A stretch of DNA of 15,917 bases from Candidatus Heimdallarchaeota archaeon (lineage in GTDB: Archaea > Asgardarchaeota > Heimdallarchaeia > JABLTI01), in contig JABCTZ010000020.1 in NCBI GenBank assembly GCA_018238155.1, forward strand, positions 1-15,917. Direction: 5' to 3'. Position 1 is the stretch's first letter, and every line of letters begins with the position of its first letter. The translations under genes and the position numbers were made by a program. The notes beneath the pieces are model-generated. The model saw only the letters and a list, made by a program, of their open reading frames with translations. It was not told the origin of the DNA and did no database searches. This document shows positions 15,461 to 15,917 of this stretch, piece after piece.

Positions 15461-15917
15461 ACGTAGACAATCTAAAACAACAAGAACTAATGGTGGATTA
15501 AACGTGGGTTCAATTAATCAGCGAACTACAAAATATTTTTTAGTTCGCTTTTCACCGTTTGTGCATATAGACAAGGATTATTTCAAGCATTGTCAATAGT
15601 TTGTAGCGTGTTACTGCTAATTTTCTTTCTTTACTGAAATGGTCTTCTAGACCTTCAAGAAGAAGCGAGGGCTGTAGAATCTACGTAATTATCAATTATT
15701 TTTTTCTCTTTTATTTATCCCTTACAGTCTCAGGTGAGACTAGAGTCATTTGAGCGAAAAAAGGATCTACTCAATTTATTTGTTTTAAAGTTAACTTGAA
15801 GAAGTATAGTTGATTGATTTTTATTACCAAGTTTCTATTTTCAAATTTTCGATTTTATTGAAATGCTTTAGATTTCTAGTTAATAATGGAATATCATTAT
15901 TTATTGCAATCGCAGCA

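Noticed and set aside
15461-15917. Terminal non-coding region including hairpin AGTCTC-AGGT-GAGACT (15726-15741)
   Set aside because: A 6-bp stem is expected by chance; no tRNA fold, IS end or credible ORF recognised.

Overview
AT-rich, gene-dense window that looks archaeal: BRE/TATA-like promoters (TTTAAATA, TTTTATAT, TTATAAA), GGTG(A)-type ribosome-binding sites and frequent TTG/GTG starts. The lineage cannot be fixed from sequence alone. About 0.6-13.9 kb reads as a defence island. On the + strand (681-6149) is a tightly coupled run of seven uncharacterised winged-helix (wHTH)-like genes built from two duplicated modules. Two of the seven carry enzymatic domains: a PLD-like domain and a nucleoside-deoxyribosyltransferase/TIR-like domain, the latter separated from its wHTH domain by one in-frame TAG. 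The run ends in a Pycsar pair (transmembrane effector + class III cyclase) and is preceded by three 16-bp-phased ATGAATAATA repeats over the promoter. Next come a SIR2-like + DUF3883 nuclease pair, a degenerate PD-(D/E)XK-like gene, a wHTH-PLD(HKD) gene, and a coupled operon of an HD-associated fragment, a SAMHD1-like HD hydrolase and a QueC-like enzyme. An abrupt junction near 13.9 kb leads into housekeeping-type genes (C-GCAxxG-C-C protein, MDR oxidoreductase). Best candidates for undescribed systems: the wHTH array linked to Pycsar, and the HD-dNTPase + QueC operon. All family calls are from motif recognition by eye, not database searches.
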